This document shows, piece after piece, positions 20,537 through 30,383 of a DNA stretch of 64,000 nt (position 1 is the stretch's first letter; the number at the start of each line of letters is the position of its first letter). The stretch is taken from positions 1,701 to 65,700 of the forward strand of contig CAZCAQ010000003.1 in NCBI GenBank assembly GCA_964496905.1, read 5' to 3'. The translations under genes and the position numbers were made by a program. This DNA comes from an uncultured Candidatus Saccharibacteria bacterium. GTDB taxonomy: Bacteria; Patescibacteriota; WWE3; UBA101185; UBA10185. The notes beneath the pieces are model-generated. The model did not search any database and was not told where the DNA came from. It worked only from the letters and a program-made list of their open reading frames with translations.

Positions 20537-22152
20537 TAAAAAAATACAAATATGAACTTTTAATATTCTTGTTTGCCGTTTTAATTAGAATTCCTTATTT
20601 GGGACATGATAGTTTTAACACTGATGTCTGGCGTTGGAAAACACGCACCTACAATTTTAGTAATGGAGTGTTTAGTGGGGATTTTGGCTTAACTTTACAA
20701 AAATATCACCCTGGAGTCACTTTAATGTGGCTTGGATCTGCAGGCATAAAGGTTTACAACTTGTATTACGATACTGTAATAGGTGGCGAGCCCGCCTCTG
20801 ATGATTTAAACACTGTTTTTGGCTTAAATGCCGCTCAAAAATATTTTGTAGTTTTAGCCATTTCGTTTGCGCTTGCATGTTCCTTTTATGTTTTAAGGCG
20901 TCTGTTTGGTTTAAAGTTTGCACTCGTTTCCGTGCTGTTTTTGTTGTTAGAGCCGTTTTACTCGGCTTTAGCACGCGAATATCATTTAGAAGGTCTAATG
21001 TCGACTTTTATGCTTTCTTCGGTTTTACTGGCATTCTACTGGTTTAAAGAAAAAAGCGCTTCTAAATGGGTTTTTGGATTTTCGGCGCTTTTTGCAACTT
21101 TAGCCATTTTAACCAAAGTAACGGCTCTTTTTGTTGTTCCATTTATTTTGATCGCTTACGTGATTTTTACTTATTTTGAGGAAAAAAACTTTTCTGCGAC
21201 TTTTTTAACTGTGTGGAAAAAAAGCCTACTTTGGTTAGCGCTTGTAGCTGTCTTTGTTTTTATGCTGTGGCCAGCTTTGTGGGTTCGGCCCTTAGATGTT
21301 TACGAAGCAGTTTACAACGGAATTTTTGATATTGGCATTGAGGGCGGGCATGCTCAATTTTATTTTGGTAAATATGTGGAAGATCCTGGCTTGTCATTTT
21401 ATTTCGTAGCTCTACTTTTGCGTTCTTCAGTATTTTTGCTTCCTGGGGTAGTGGGCTACTTTTTATGGGCTCGCAAAAAAGCGGATAAAAACGTTCAAAC
21501 TTACGTTTTGTACTTGTTAGCTTTTTCGGTACTTTATTTGCTTCCAATGTTAATATCGTCAAAAAAACTTGATCGTTATATGTTGCCCAGTTTAATTGGC
21601 CTATCACTAATAAGTTCAGTTTTTTATTATTATTTATTGCGCCTAATTAACTGGTCACGTTATATACTAGGCGGACTAGTTGCAGGATGGCTGATGTTTA
21701 TGGTTTATATACATCCTGATTATTTATCGTATTATTCTCCTTTTGGTGGCGGATTAAGCAAAGGTATTTATATTCTTGAGCCAAAATGGTTAATTGGTAC
21801 TCGTAATATTCAAGACTTTTTGCGTACTGATATGGAAAAGAATGGCAAAACTGCCTTTGTTAAAGCGGCTGACTTTAGAAAAATTAAACGCCGTCAAGAA
21901 CTTATGAACAACAAGTTGGTTGTAGCCCTGCCAGAAAAGTATTTTACACAGGCATATCCTTTTGTTGATGAAGTAGGCGCGTGGGCAGTAGTTGATCAGC
22001 TAGCCGACGATGCTAAATATGCCAATTACTTTATTTATCCAGCGTGGGAAGATGGATCTGACAAAGTAACTAAGCACAAGCTTAAGTATCACGATGCTAT
22101 TTATATTCGTGGCGTTCCTGCATACAAGATTTATGAGAGGGTTGGGGATTAA
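20533..22152 (+). CDS. GT-C fold membrane glycosyltransferase, paralog of 17413-19089
   Basis: NTD..W, HPGVTLMW, EPF..AREYHLE, LTK, KKLDRYMLP, YYSP. Confidence 0.75.
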   Translation: MIKKYKYELLIFLFAVLIRIPYLGHDSFNTDVWRWKTRTYNFSNGVFSGDFGLTLQKYHPGVTLMWLGSAGIKVYNLYYDTVIGGEPASDDLNTVFGLNAAQKYFVVLAISFALACSFYVLRRLFGLKFALVSVLFLLLEPFYSALAREYHLEGLMSTFMLSSVLLAFYWFKEKSASKWVFGFSALFATLAILTKVTALFVVPFILIAYVIFTYFEEKNFSATFLTVWKKSLLWLALVAVFVFMLWPALWVRPLDVYEAVYNGIFDIGIEGGHAQFYFGKYVEDPGLSFYFVALLLRSSVFLLPGVVGYFLWARKKADKNVQTYVLYLLAFSVLYLLPMLISSKKLDRYMLPSLIGLSLISSVFYYYLLRLINWSRYILGGLVAGWLMFMVYIHPDYLSYYSPFGGGLSKGIYILEPKWLIGTRNIQDFLRTDMEKNGKTAFVKAADFRKIKRRQELMNNKLVVALPEKYFTQAYPFVDEVGAWAVVDQLADDAKYANYFIYPAWEDGSDKVTKHKLKYHDAIYIRGVPAYKIYERVGD

Positions 22153-22205
22153 TTCTGTTTGTTCAGAATTTATACACTAAACTTCAACGAATTGTTGGCA
22201 TTGAT

Positions 22206-23462
22206 TTGCTTAATACCTTAATTGTTACAGGAGCGCTTTTTGTTGGTTCCTTTTTTTCATACCTTTTACAGTTTTATTTGGGAAGGACGTTGAGTGTTGA
22301 GGGATTTGGTGACTTTACCGTACTTTTATCTGTTGCTGGAATTTTAACGTTTTTTGGCAATGTAATTGGCTATGCCGTTGTTAAAATATATTCTGAGTTA
22401 ACTGCTAAAGCCACTTTTTCAAAGATAAGATGGTTATTTTTTAAAAGCCTTAAGTATTCAGCCTTACTGGGTATTTTTTTGGGGGCTTTATGTATACTTT
22501 TAGCCTCGGTCATAGCAACTGCGCTAAACATTCAATCTAGTCAGACTGTTGTAGCTTTTGGCCTGTATTTAACGCTAGTTTTTGTTCCAATCTATGTAGC
22601 AGTTTATTTTCAAGGAACTTATAGATTTGTCTGGTTTGGTTTTTTTATAGTTTTAAACGCATTTTTACGATTTTTGTTGCCGATAGTATTTATAAAGTTG
22701 GTATCTTCTGACCCTTCATACGTCTTTTTAGGTATTTTACTAAGTCAATTTTTGGTAATACTTATTGGTTATGTGGTTGCTAATAGGGTTGCGCTTAAAA
22801 ATGTACAGTCACAAGCCGACGCGGGTTTACTCAATAATGTTTTTAAAAACAGCATTTTTAATGGGTTAGCTTTGTTTACATTGACGGTTATGATAAGTAT
22901 TGACGTAATTGCTGTTAAGTATTTTTTTGAACCCTATGTTGCAGGGATTTATGCCGGAGTAGTAACACTTGGGAAAATTGTCTTGTTTGGCGCCGGAACT
23001 GTAGCAACGGTAATGTTCCCAAGAGCGGTTTCTGTAAACACTGATTATTATGGATTCATGTCAGTATTTAAAAAATTTGGATTTATTCAAGTAATATTTG
23101 TTATGGGTTCAATACTCATATTTTCATTATTTCCAAGTTTTATTACGCATACACTCTTTGGAGAAAAATTTGTGAGCAGTATACCTTATGTAGCATTTTA
23201 CACAGCTTTTATTAGTTTTTACGTGTTAATAAATTTTGCTATTTTAGCTTTAATAGCTTTGGGTGAAAAAAAGTTCTCTCTTTACATGCCGTTATTTTTA
23301 GTATTTCAGCTTGTGGGTTTTTACCTTTTTCATAAAAGTATCTTTCAAATAATTTGGGTAGATATAGTAAGTATGTTGCTACTTTTTGTTTTTATGTTAT
23401 TTAATATAGTAGTAGTTTTTAAAAGAATGAAAGGTCAGTCCACTTTAAACAATGCTAGTTAG
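22206..23462 (+). CDS. Wzx/MOP-family oligosaccharide flippase
   Basis: About 12 TMs; RTLSVEGFG, ID..AVKYFF, AGIYAG, VMFP, LFGEKF. TTG start is uncertain. Confidence 0.8.
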   Translation: MLNTLIVTGALFVGSFFSYLLQFYLGRTLSVEGFGDFTVLLSVAGILTFFGNVIGYAVVKIYSELTAKATFSKIRWLFFKSLKYSALLGIFLGALCILLASVIATALNIQSSQTVVAFGLYLTLVFVPIYVAVYFQGTYRFVWFGFFIVLNAFLRFLLPIVFIKLVSSDPSYVFLGILLSQFLVILIGYVVANRVALKNVQSQADAGLLNNVFKNSIFNGLALFTLTVMISIDVIAVKYFFEPYVAGIYAGVVTLGKIVLFGAGTVATVMFPRAVSVNTDYYGFMSVFKKFGFIQVIFVMGSILIFSLFPSFITHTLFGEKFVSSIPYVAFYTAFISFYVLINFAILALIALGEKKFSLYMPLFLVFQLVGFYLFHKSIFQIIWVDIVSMLLLFVFMLFNIVVVFKRMKGQSTLNNAS

Positions 23463-24210
23463 TGTAATAGTTCCTGCATATAAACAGGAAAAAACAATTA
23501 AAAAGGATGTTGAGCGCATTTGTGATGTAATGAGCGATATTAGGTTTGATTACGAAGTAATTGTAGTAGTGGACGGTTTTTTAGATAAAACTATGGAAAT
23601 TGCTCAAAAAATTAATAGGCCGCATTTAACCGTTATTGGGTACGAAAAAAATCAAGGTAAGGGCTTTGCTGTTAAATATGGTATGAAAAAATCTAAAGGG
23701 GATTTTGTTGCATTTATAGATGCTGGAATGGAAATAGATCCAAATGGTATCTCAATGATTTTAGAGCACATGCTTTGGTACGAAGCAGATATCATTGTTG
23801 GAAGTAAGCGGCATCCTGCTTCAAAAGTGCATTACCCACCACTTAGAAGATTATATAGCTGGGGATATCATACATTGATCCGCCTACTTTTTAGACTTTC
23901 TATTAAAGACACTCAAACTGGTTTAAAAGTGTATAGAAGAGCAGTTCTTAATTATGTTCTTCCAAAACTAGTAGTTAAAAAATATGCTTTTGATATTGAG
24001 CTTATTGCGGTAGCCAAATACCTTGGATTTGACCGTATTTACGAAGCACCTGTTAAGGTAAGTTTTGACTTTAATTCTGGCAGTCGCTTTACTAAGTTTT
24101 TATTTATGGACCCTCTAATACGCAACATGTTTATTGATACAATTGCAGTGTTTTATCGCATGTATATATTAAAATACTATTTACCAGATAACCTTAAAAA
24201 ATCCAAATGA
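23452..24210 (+). CDS. GT2 polyprenyl-phosphate glycosyltransferase-like
   Basis: VPAYKQE, NQGKG, IDAG, GSKRHP, DTQTGLK, FDIELI. Confidence 0.85.
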   Translation: MLVSVIVPAYKQEKTIKKDVERICDVMSDIRFDYEVIVVVDGFLDKTMEIAQKINRPHLTVIGYEKNQGKGFAVKYGMKKSKGDFVAFIDAGMEIDPNGISMILEHMLWYEADIIVGSKRHPASKVHYPPLRRLYSWGYHTLIRLLFRLSIKDTQTGLKVYRRAVLNYVLPKLVVKKYAFDIELIAVAKYLGFDRIYEAPVKVSFDFNSGSRFTKFLFMDPLIRNMFIDTIAVFYRMYILKYYLPDNLKKSK

Positions 24211-25223
24211 TAAAATTTAGTATAATAATTCCGGTCCGAACCATAAACGAATTTCTACGTGAAAATATTAGCTACCTAATGAAGTTAGATTATGATGCAT
24301 TTGAGGTAATTATTATTCCTGATAACGAAGAAACATATGATTTTAAAGGTGACGCACGTTTTAGAATCTTAGTGTCTGGCATGATGGGCCCAGGTGAAAA
24401 AAGAAATCTTGGAGCGCATGCAGCAACTGGTGAAATTTTAGCCTTTTTGGATGATGATGCATATCCATCAAAAAATTGGCTAGTTGAGGCCGCAAAAGTA
24501 TTTTCAGAAAGACAAATATATGCCTTGGGTTGCCCTGCTGTAACACCTACTAATGCCAAATTTTTAGAAGAGTGTTCAGGCCTTGTTTTGGAATCGCATT
24601 TAGCCAGTGCTGGTACTTTGTATAGGCATAAACCAAAAAAGGCCCAATTTGTAGATGATTACCCAAGTGTTAACCTGTTTGTAAAAAAAGATGCATTTTT
24701 GGCGGTTGGTGGGTTTATTAAAGAATTTTGGCCCGGTGAAGATACCAAGCTTTGTTTGGACTTAATTGAGAAATTCAATATGGAGATTTATTACGACCCT
24801 AGACCAATTGTTTATCATCATAGGCGGGACTTGTTTAGACCTCATTTAAAGCAAGTTTCACGTTACGGACGTCACCGAGGGCAGTTTGCTCGTATTTTTC
24901 CAAAAAATTCACGCAGACTTTCTTATTTCATACCTTCATTTTTTGTATTGGGTATAATTGTTGGAGCTTTTGCATCATTGATTTCACAGCTTTTGGCAAT
25001 CTTGTACTTTGCTACGCTGTTTTTTTACGGTATGCTACTTTTGGTCACTTTTTTTCAATTAGTCTTTTTGGGAAAAGGTGTAAAGAAAGCTTTATATGTA
25101 TGTGCTGGTATTTTTTTAACGCACATAGTATATGGATTAAATTTTTTAAGAGGGTTTATATTTAAGCCAAAACTGGAATTACGTGCTGTAGATCCAAAAA
25201 CTGGCAATTATACTGGAGGTTGA
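24207..25223 (+). CDS. GT2 glycosyltransferase with C-terminal TMs
   Basis: KRNLG, FLDDDAYP, VGGF, GEDT, VYHHRR, Q..RYG; three C-terminal hydrophobic segments. Confidence 0.85.
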   Translation: MIKFSIIIPVRTINEFLRENISYLMKLDYDAFEVIIIPDNEETYDFKGDARFRILVSGMMGPGEKRNLGAHAATGEILAFLDDDAYPSKNWLVEAAKVFSERQIYALGCPAVTPTNAKFLEECSGLVLESHLASAGTLYRHKPKKAQFVDDYPSVNLFVKKDAFLAVGGFIKEFWPGEDTKLCLDLIEKFNMEIYYDPRPIVYHHRRDLFRPHLKQVSRYGRHRGQFARIFPKNSRRLSYFIPSFFVLGIIVGAFASLISQLLAILYFATLFFYGMLLLVTFFQLVFLGKGVKKALYVCAGIFLTHIVYGLNFLRGFIFKPKLELRAVDPKTGNYTGG

Positions 25224-25224
25224 T

Positions 25225-25482
25225 ATGAAGGGACAAAATGAATTTGCAACACAGCCTGGTGCAAAGGTAAAAATAAAAGTAATCAATGAATTATGTATAA
25301 GTGCAGGTATTTGCATTATTAGGGCTCCTGAAACTTTTGATTTGGATGATGATGGTATTGCCTATTTAAAAGAAGGTACATGGGATGAAGCAGTGGATAT
25401 AATTGAAGCAGCTAAAGCATGTCCAACGACGGCTATTATCGTAGAGGATTTAAACGGGAATCAGCTTTACCCAGCTGTTTAA
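25225..25482 (+). CDS. Mono-cluster ferredoxin, probably [3Fe-4S]
   Basis: CISAGIC...ACPTTAI, i.e. CxxAxxC...CP with the second Cys replaced by Ala. Confidence 0.85.
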   Translation: MKGQNEFATQPGAKVKIKVINELCISAGICIIRAPETFDLDDDGIAYLKEGTWDEAVDIIEAAKACPTTAIIVEDLNGNQLYPAV

Positions 25483-25531
25483 AAATCATATCTATATGCA
25501 TCTATTAATTACTTGTTTCAACTTTCATATT

Positions 25532-25546
25532 TGATATACTTTAAAC
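25532..25546 (+). promoter_or_regulatory. Extended -10 promoter directly upstream of the radical SAM start codon
   Basis: TG-A-TATACT (25532-25540), 6 nt, then ATG 25547. Confidence 0.6.
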
Positions 25547-27238
25547 ATGGCTTATAAAATCGCAGTAGGTTACCCGCCTATTGAATCTGCAAAAGGCGTA
25601 CCGCTACTGTCCCAAAACAGGCAATTTCAATACTTTAACGCTCCAACATACATTTATCCTATGGTACCTGCATATGCGGCTAGCATGGCTCAAAGCAAAG
25701 GTTATGAAGTCATTTGGATGGATGGTATTGCAGAAAAGCAATCATATGACGTTTGGCTTTCAGAACTTATGCAAGAAGCTCCAAACTTGCTTATGATTGA
25801 AACAAAATCACCCGTTGTACGCCAACATTGGGCAATCATAGACGACATAAAAAAGAATTGTCCAAACACGCAAGTAATTTTAGTAGGTGATCAAGTAACT
25901 TTTAAACCTCAAGAATCCATGGATAATTGCTCTGTAGATTATATTATTACAGGCGGCGATTATGATTTTATGCTTACTGAACTGGCTGATTCTATTACAA
26001 AAGGTGTAGAGCTCGTTGGCGGTATTTGGGGACGTAAAAACAACACCAATTTTAAATTTTCAGAATTAATGCGTTGGAAGGATTCAGATGTTAATGGTAA
26101 AGAAGCTTACTGGCTCAGTGGACCGCTTGTTCAAAAGCATGATTTAGATACTTTACCTTTTGTAGACCGTGACTTAACCAAGTGGGAACTTTACGCATAT
26201 GCCAATGGTAATTACAAATATACACCTGCAACTTACATGTATTCTGGAAAGGATTGTTGGTATAACAGATGCACTTTTTGTGTTTGGGATCACACAATTA
26301 ATCCTTTAGGAACTTACCGTCGTTTCTCACCAGAAAGGCTTTTTGCCGAAGTAAAACACGTTGTCGACAATTATGGCGTAAAAGAGATTTTTGATGACGC
26401 TGGGACATTATTTATTGGTCCTCCTTTAAAAAAATTCTGCAATTTGCTTATTGAGTCTGGTTACAACAAAAAAGTAGTTTTTGGGTGCAATATGCGCCTT
26501 AATGCCTTAACTCAAGAATATTATGACTTAATGGGTAAAGCTAACTTCCGCTTTATTTTGTACGGTATGGAATCTGCAAATCAATATACCTTGGACATGC
26601 TAGATAAAGGTATGAAAGTCCACCAAATAGAAGAAGGCGTAAGAATGGCCAAAAAAGCAGGGCTTGAGCCCCATTTAACCATTATGCTTGGTTATCCATG
26701 GGAAAGTGAAGCCGATGCCCGAAATACTATTGCACTCTCCAAGATGCTCTTTAAAAAAGGCTATGTAGATACTATGCAGGGCACAATAGTAATTCCATAT
26801 CCTGGAACGCCCTTGTACCAACAGTGCATTGATAACGATTGGTTAACAGTTGATCCACTAGATTATGAAGCCTTTGATATGCGCAGACCAGTCATGAAAG
26901 TTCCTTTTGAAGAACAAAAGCTTTACGACATGATGCAAGAACTTTATTCGTCATTTTTTACTCCTCAATATTTTATGCGCAAAATGCTTTCGATAAGAAA
27001 ATGGGACGATATTAAGTTTTTTTGGTTTTCGGGCAAAAAGCTTATTGGACACTTGCTAGACTTTGACAGTGGCCAAACAAACATAAGTGTTACATCAGTG
27101 GAATTTTGGAAAAACGCAACAAAAAGCATGGTAACCCACTTAAGACCTAAAAAAGAAGATGAAATTATTAAAGAAAATGTTAAGACCAGCGCTGAAGTCG
27201 AGGTAGCTGCACGTAAAACTCTTTCTGAAAAATTATAG
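25547..27238 (+). CDS. B12-binding-domain radical SAM protein (HpnJ/class-B-like)
   Basis: N-terminal Rossmann-like region (ILVG, DYIITGGDYD), LDTLPFVDR, CWYNRCTFC, IFDD, GMESANQ, MLGYPWES, PYPGTPLY. Confidence 0.85.
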   Translation: MAYKIAVGYPPIESAKGVPLLSQNRQFQYFNAPTYIYPMVPAYAASMAQSKGYEVIWMDGIAEKQSYDVWLSELMQEAPNLLMIETKSPVVRQHWAIIDDIKKNCPNTQVILVGDQVTFKPQESMDNCSVDYIITGGDYDFMLTELADSITKGVELVGGIWGRKNNTNFKFSELMRWKDSDVNGKEAYWLSGPLVQKHDLDTLPFVDRDLTKWELYAYANGNYKYTPATYMYSGKDCWYNRCTFCVWDHTINPLGTYRRFSPERLFAEVKHVVDNYGVKEIFDDAGTLFIGPPLKKFCNLLIESGYNKKVVFGCNMRLNALTQEYYDLMGKANFRFILYGMESANQYTLDMLDKGMKVHQIEEGVRMAKKAGLEPHLTIMLGYPWESEADARNTIALSKMLFKKGYVDTMQGTIVIPYPGTPLYQQCIDNDWLTVDPLDYEAFDMRRPVMKVPFEEQKLYDMMQELYSSFFTPQYFMRKMLSIRKWDDIKFFWFSGKKLIGHLLDFDSGQTNISVTSVEFWKNATKSMVTHLRPKKEDEIIKENVKTSAEVEVAARKTLSEKL

Positions 27239-27289
27239 ACAGTGTAAATATCCAAAAACCCCAAAGTTTTATGATAATATCATTCTGCA

Positions 27290-28300
27290 ATGCAAAGTGT
27301 TTCTTTTTTAATACCAACTCTTAATTCAGCGTCAGTGCTAGATGCTTGTCTAGCATCTATTGCAGCACAAGACTACCCAAAAGAACAAATCGAAATAGTG
27401 ATTGCAGATGGAGGTTCTACAGACGCAACGCTTGAAATTGCAAAGAAGTTTAATGCAAAAATTGTTAAAAACAGTTTAAAAACTGGTGAAGCTGGAAAAG
27501 CAGTTGCGCTTAATGCTTCAACAGGAGAATTAGTCGCGTTTGTAGATTCCGATAATATTTTACCTAACCCAAACTGGCTAAAGGAAATGACTTTGCCCCT
27601 TAGTAGACACTTGGACGCAATTGGAAGCGAGCCTTGGGCATATACCTGGCGTAAGCAAGATGCATTTATAACTAGATATTGTGCGTTAATTGGAATGAAT
27701 GACCCAATAGTACATTTTTTTGGGAATTATGATCGCTTAAACTTACTTACAAATAAATGGACCGAAGTACCACATGAGGAACAAGACATGGGGGAATATT
27801 TATTAGTTACTTTTGACAAAAGAGGAATTCCGACAATTGGTGCAAATGGTACAGTATTTAGGGCGGATATTCTAAAAAAATATGCAAAATCAGATTATTT
27901 GTTTGATATTGATATCTTAGCAACAATATTGGCTGAGACAGGTTCTATTAACTTTATTAAAACAAAAAATGGCATAATTCACACTTTTTGCGAAAGTGAT
28001 GTATCTAAATTTGCACGAAAGCAAAAACGCAGAGTTCTTGATTATACTCATCACGTAAAAGCTGGTAATCGAAATTACGATTGGAAGTTTAAATCACATG
28101 CTATACCCATGTTTATTTTATACTGTATAACTGTATTACCTTTAATTTTTCAAGCGACCAAGGGTTATTTAAAAAAAGCTGATCGAGCTTGGTTTTTTCA
28201 TATATTGGCTTGTGAAATTACACTTTGGGAATATGGCGTTGGCATTTTAAAAAGTAGTGTCAAACGCGCAGAATTTGACAGGTCAAAATGGAAACAATAG
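27290..28300 (+). CDS. GT2 glycosyltransferase
   Basis: IPTLNS, DGGSTDAT, VDSDN, GANG; C-terminal TMs. Confidence 0.87.
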   Translation: MQSVSFLIPTLNSASVLDACLASIAAQDYPKEQIEIVIADGGSTDATLEIAKKFNAKIVKNSLKTGEAGKAVALNASTGELVAFVDSDNILPNPNWLKEMTLPLSRHLDAIGSEPWAYTWRKQDAFITRYCALIGMNDPIVHFFGNYDRLNLLTNKWTEVPHEEQDMGEYLLVTFDKRGIPTIGANGTVFRADILKKYAKSDYLFDIDILATILAETGSINFIKTKNGIIHTFCESDVSKFARKQKRRVLDYTHHVKAGNRNYDWKFKSHAIPMFILYCITVLPLIFQATKGYLKKADRAWFFHILACEITLWEYGVGILKSSVKRAEFDRSKWKQ

Positions 28301-28312
28301 GCTTTTAGTACA

Positions 28313-29470
28313 ATGAAAAATAATCGACCACATTTGCTCTTAATTTGTCCATTCGCCTCGCCCAATATTGGTGGAGTTGAATCTCACCTTGATAAATTGA
28401 TCAAATATGCACTATCAAATAATTTTTATGTAACGCTTTTAACTTATCAACCATTAACACGGCGTATTAAAGCCCCTAAAGAAGAACATAGCGAAAATCT
28501 AGAGATTTATCGCATCTCTTGGTTTGGTATAGGTCTATTTCCAAAAATTGAGAACTATTTTCCGTTAGTTTTTATATATTTATTTCCAGGATTGTTTATT
28601 GGAGCGTTACACTATTTATTAAAAAATCATAAATCTGTAGATGTAATTCATGCTCATGGGTTAGTTGCTGCGTGTATTACTAAGTTGTGTAACTTTTTCT
28701 TTAAAAAAAGAACAATTGTAAGTACACATGCGGTATATAGTTTTGAAAACCGGGCGTTGCTCTCAATACTTACTAAATGGATATTAATTAGTTTTGATGT
28801 AATTCTTGCTGTCTCTAAAGTTTCGCGCCAAGAATTAATACGAATGGGTTTGTTCGAAACTAAAATAAAAGTGCATCCTAACTGGATTGATACCACAGTT
28901 TTTAGTCCTGAAGCAACTAAACCTACACAAATGCCAAAAAGTTTTAATGTCCTTTTTGTGGGAAGATTGCTTGAAAAAAAGGGTATTTTGCTTTTTTTGG
29001 AAGCAGCTAAAAAAATGCCTAGTGTAGGATTTCATATAGTAGGAGACGGACCTGAGCTTCAAGCCGTAACTGAAGCAAAAACGGCCTGCAGTAATATCTA
29101 TTACTATGGAGTTCTAATGCAGTCAGATCAACAGCAGTTAGCAGATTTAGTGTCACTTTATGCCAATTGTGACTATTTAATTTCGCCGTATACTTATGAT
29201 GAGGGTTTTTCCACAACGCTAATTGAAGCACTTGCGTGTGGTACACCCTTAATTATTACGGACAGAGGATCTCCGCCAACCTTTATCACTAATAAAGTAG
29301 CTCATTTTTTACCAGCGAACTTCACACTCCATGATTTAGTCAAAATAATAGAACAAGTAGCTACTTTTCCAAAAAAGGAGCTTAGTAAAGCCTGCAGAAA
29401 TTACAGTATTAACAACTTTGGATTTAAAAATGCAGATATAATACTGGAAAGCTACTCTCAAAAGAGTTAA
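28313..29470 (+). CDS. GT4 glycosyltransferase
   Basis: PNIGGVE, IHAHG, GRLLEKKG, EGFSTTLIEALACGTP. Confidence 0.88.
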   Translation: MKNNRPHLLLICPFASPNIGGVESHLDKLIKYALSNNFYVTLLTYQPLTRRIKAPKEEHSENLEIYRISWFGIGLFPKIENYFPLVFIYLFPGLFIGALHYLLKNHKSVDVIHAHGLVAACITKLCNFFFKKRTIVSTHAVYSFENRALLSILTKWILISFDVILAVSKVSRQELIRMGLFETKIKVHPNWIDTTVFSPEATKPTQMPKSFNVLFVGRLLEKKGILLFLEAAKKMPSVGFHIVGDGPELQAVTEAKTACSNIYYYGVLMQSDQQQLADLVSLYANCDYLISPYTYDEGFSTTLIEALACGTPLIITDRGSPPTFITNKVAHFLPANFTLHDLVKIIEQVATFPKKELSKACRNYSINNFGFKNADIILESYSQKS

Positions 29471-29479
29471 TATTCATCA

Positions 29480-30382
29480 ATGGCCTTAACACAAAATCAG
29501 CAAGAAAAATTACAAAAAATTCTAAGCAAAACCGGCGACCTGAATTTTAAAAGACGTGTTTTAACAATGCTTGACTATTTAGATATTCAAACTGGTGACA
29601 AAATTTTAGATATGGGTTGTGGCGAAGGTTTTTACAGTATGATTTTTGACCAGCTATATGATTGTCAAGTCATAGCGGTAGACTATGACGACGCAATAAT
29701 GGGCATGGCCAAAGAATGGTTAAAAGGCAGCACCAAAGTAACTTTTGAATTGGGGGATATTTGCAATCTTAGGTTTCCAAATGACTATTTTGACAAAATT
29801 ATTTGTACAGAAGTCTTAGAGCACATTACTGATCACAAAAAAGCAACAAGTGAACTTTATAGGGTTTTAAAACCATCAGGGAAACTGGCCGTGACTGTGC
29901 CAAACAAAAATTACCCATTTATGTGGGACCCCATAAACAAAGTTCGTGAAGGTTTGGGTTTAGGCCATTTTAACCCTTTAAACGGCTTTTGGGGTGGCAT
30001 TTGGGCATATGATCATAAAAGGCTATATTTGCCTCAAGATTTAAAAGAACTATTAGAAAGCGAAAAGTTTACTGTAGAGAAGCTACAAGTTTTAACTCAT
30101 TATGGAGTTCCGTTTAATCATCTTGTTTTATACACAGGTAAAAATATGTATACAAAAATGCCTGTTCCAGATGAAGTAAAAGAAAATATGGAAAAATTTA
30201 ATTGGTCGCAAGAACAAAGCTCTAATGCTAAAGCTAAATCAAGCTTTCTTGGTACTATTATGGTTAAAGCAATAGCCGTAGCTTTTTCAATTATGAAAAA
30301 AGTTGATGCACACAATAATCAGGATTTTCCTCTTGATAAATCAACCATGGCTGTAGCTGCACTTGCCGTAAAGAAGATGTAA
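29480..30382 (+). CDS. Class I SAM-dependent methyltransferase
   Basis: ILDMGCGEG, FDKIICTEVLEH, RVLKPSG, TVPN, HKRLY. Confidence 0.88.
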   Translation: MALTQNQQEKLQKILSKTGDLNFKRRVLTMLDYLDIQTGDKILDMGCGEGFYSMIFDQLYDCQVIAVDYDDAIMGMAKEWLKGSTKVTFELGDICNLRFPNDYFDKIICTEVLEHITDHKKATSELYRVLKPSGKLAVTVPNKNYPFMWDPINKVREGLGLGHFNPLNGFWGGIWAYDHKRLYLPQDLKELLESEKFTVEKLQVLTHYGVPFNHLVLYTGKNMYTKMPVPDEVKENMEKFNWSQEQSSNAKAKSSFLGTIMVKAIAVAFSIMKKVDAHNNQDFPLDKSTMAVAALAVKKM

Positions 30383-30383
30383 A

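Noticed and set aside
22151-22170. Inverted repeat AATTCTG-N6-CAGAATT between the GT-C and flippase genes
   Set aside because: It is short and AT-rich with no convincing U-tract, and may lie within an N-terminal extension of the flippase.
25547-27238. Hopanoid biosynthesis cluster (hpnJ)
   Set aside because: No squalene-hopene cyclase or other hpn genes are in the window, and the similarity is at family level only.
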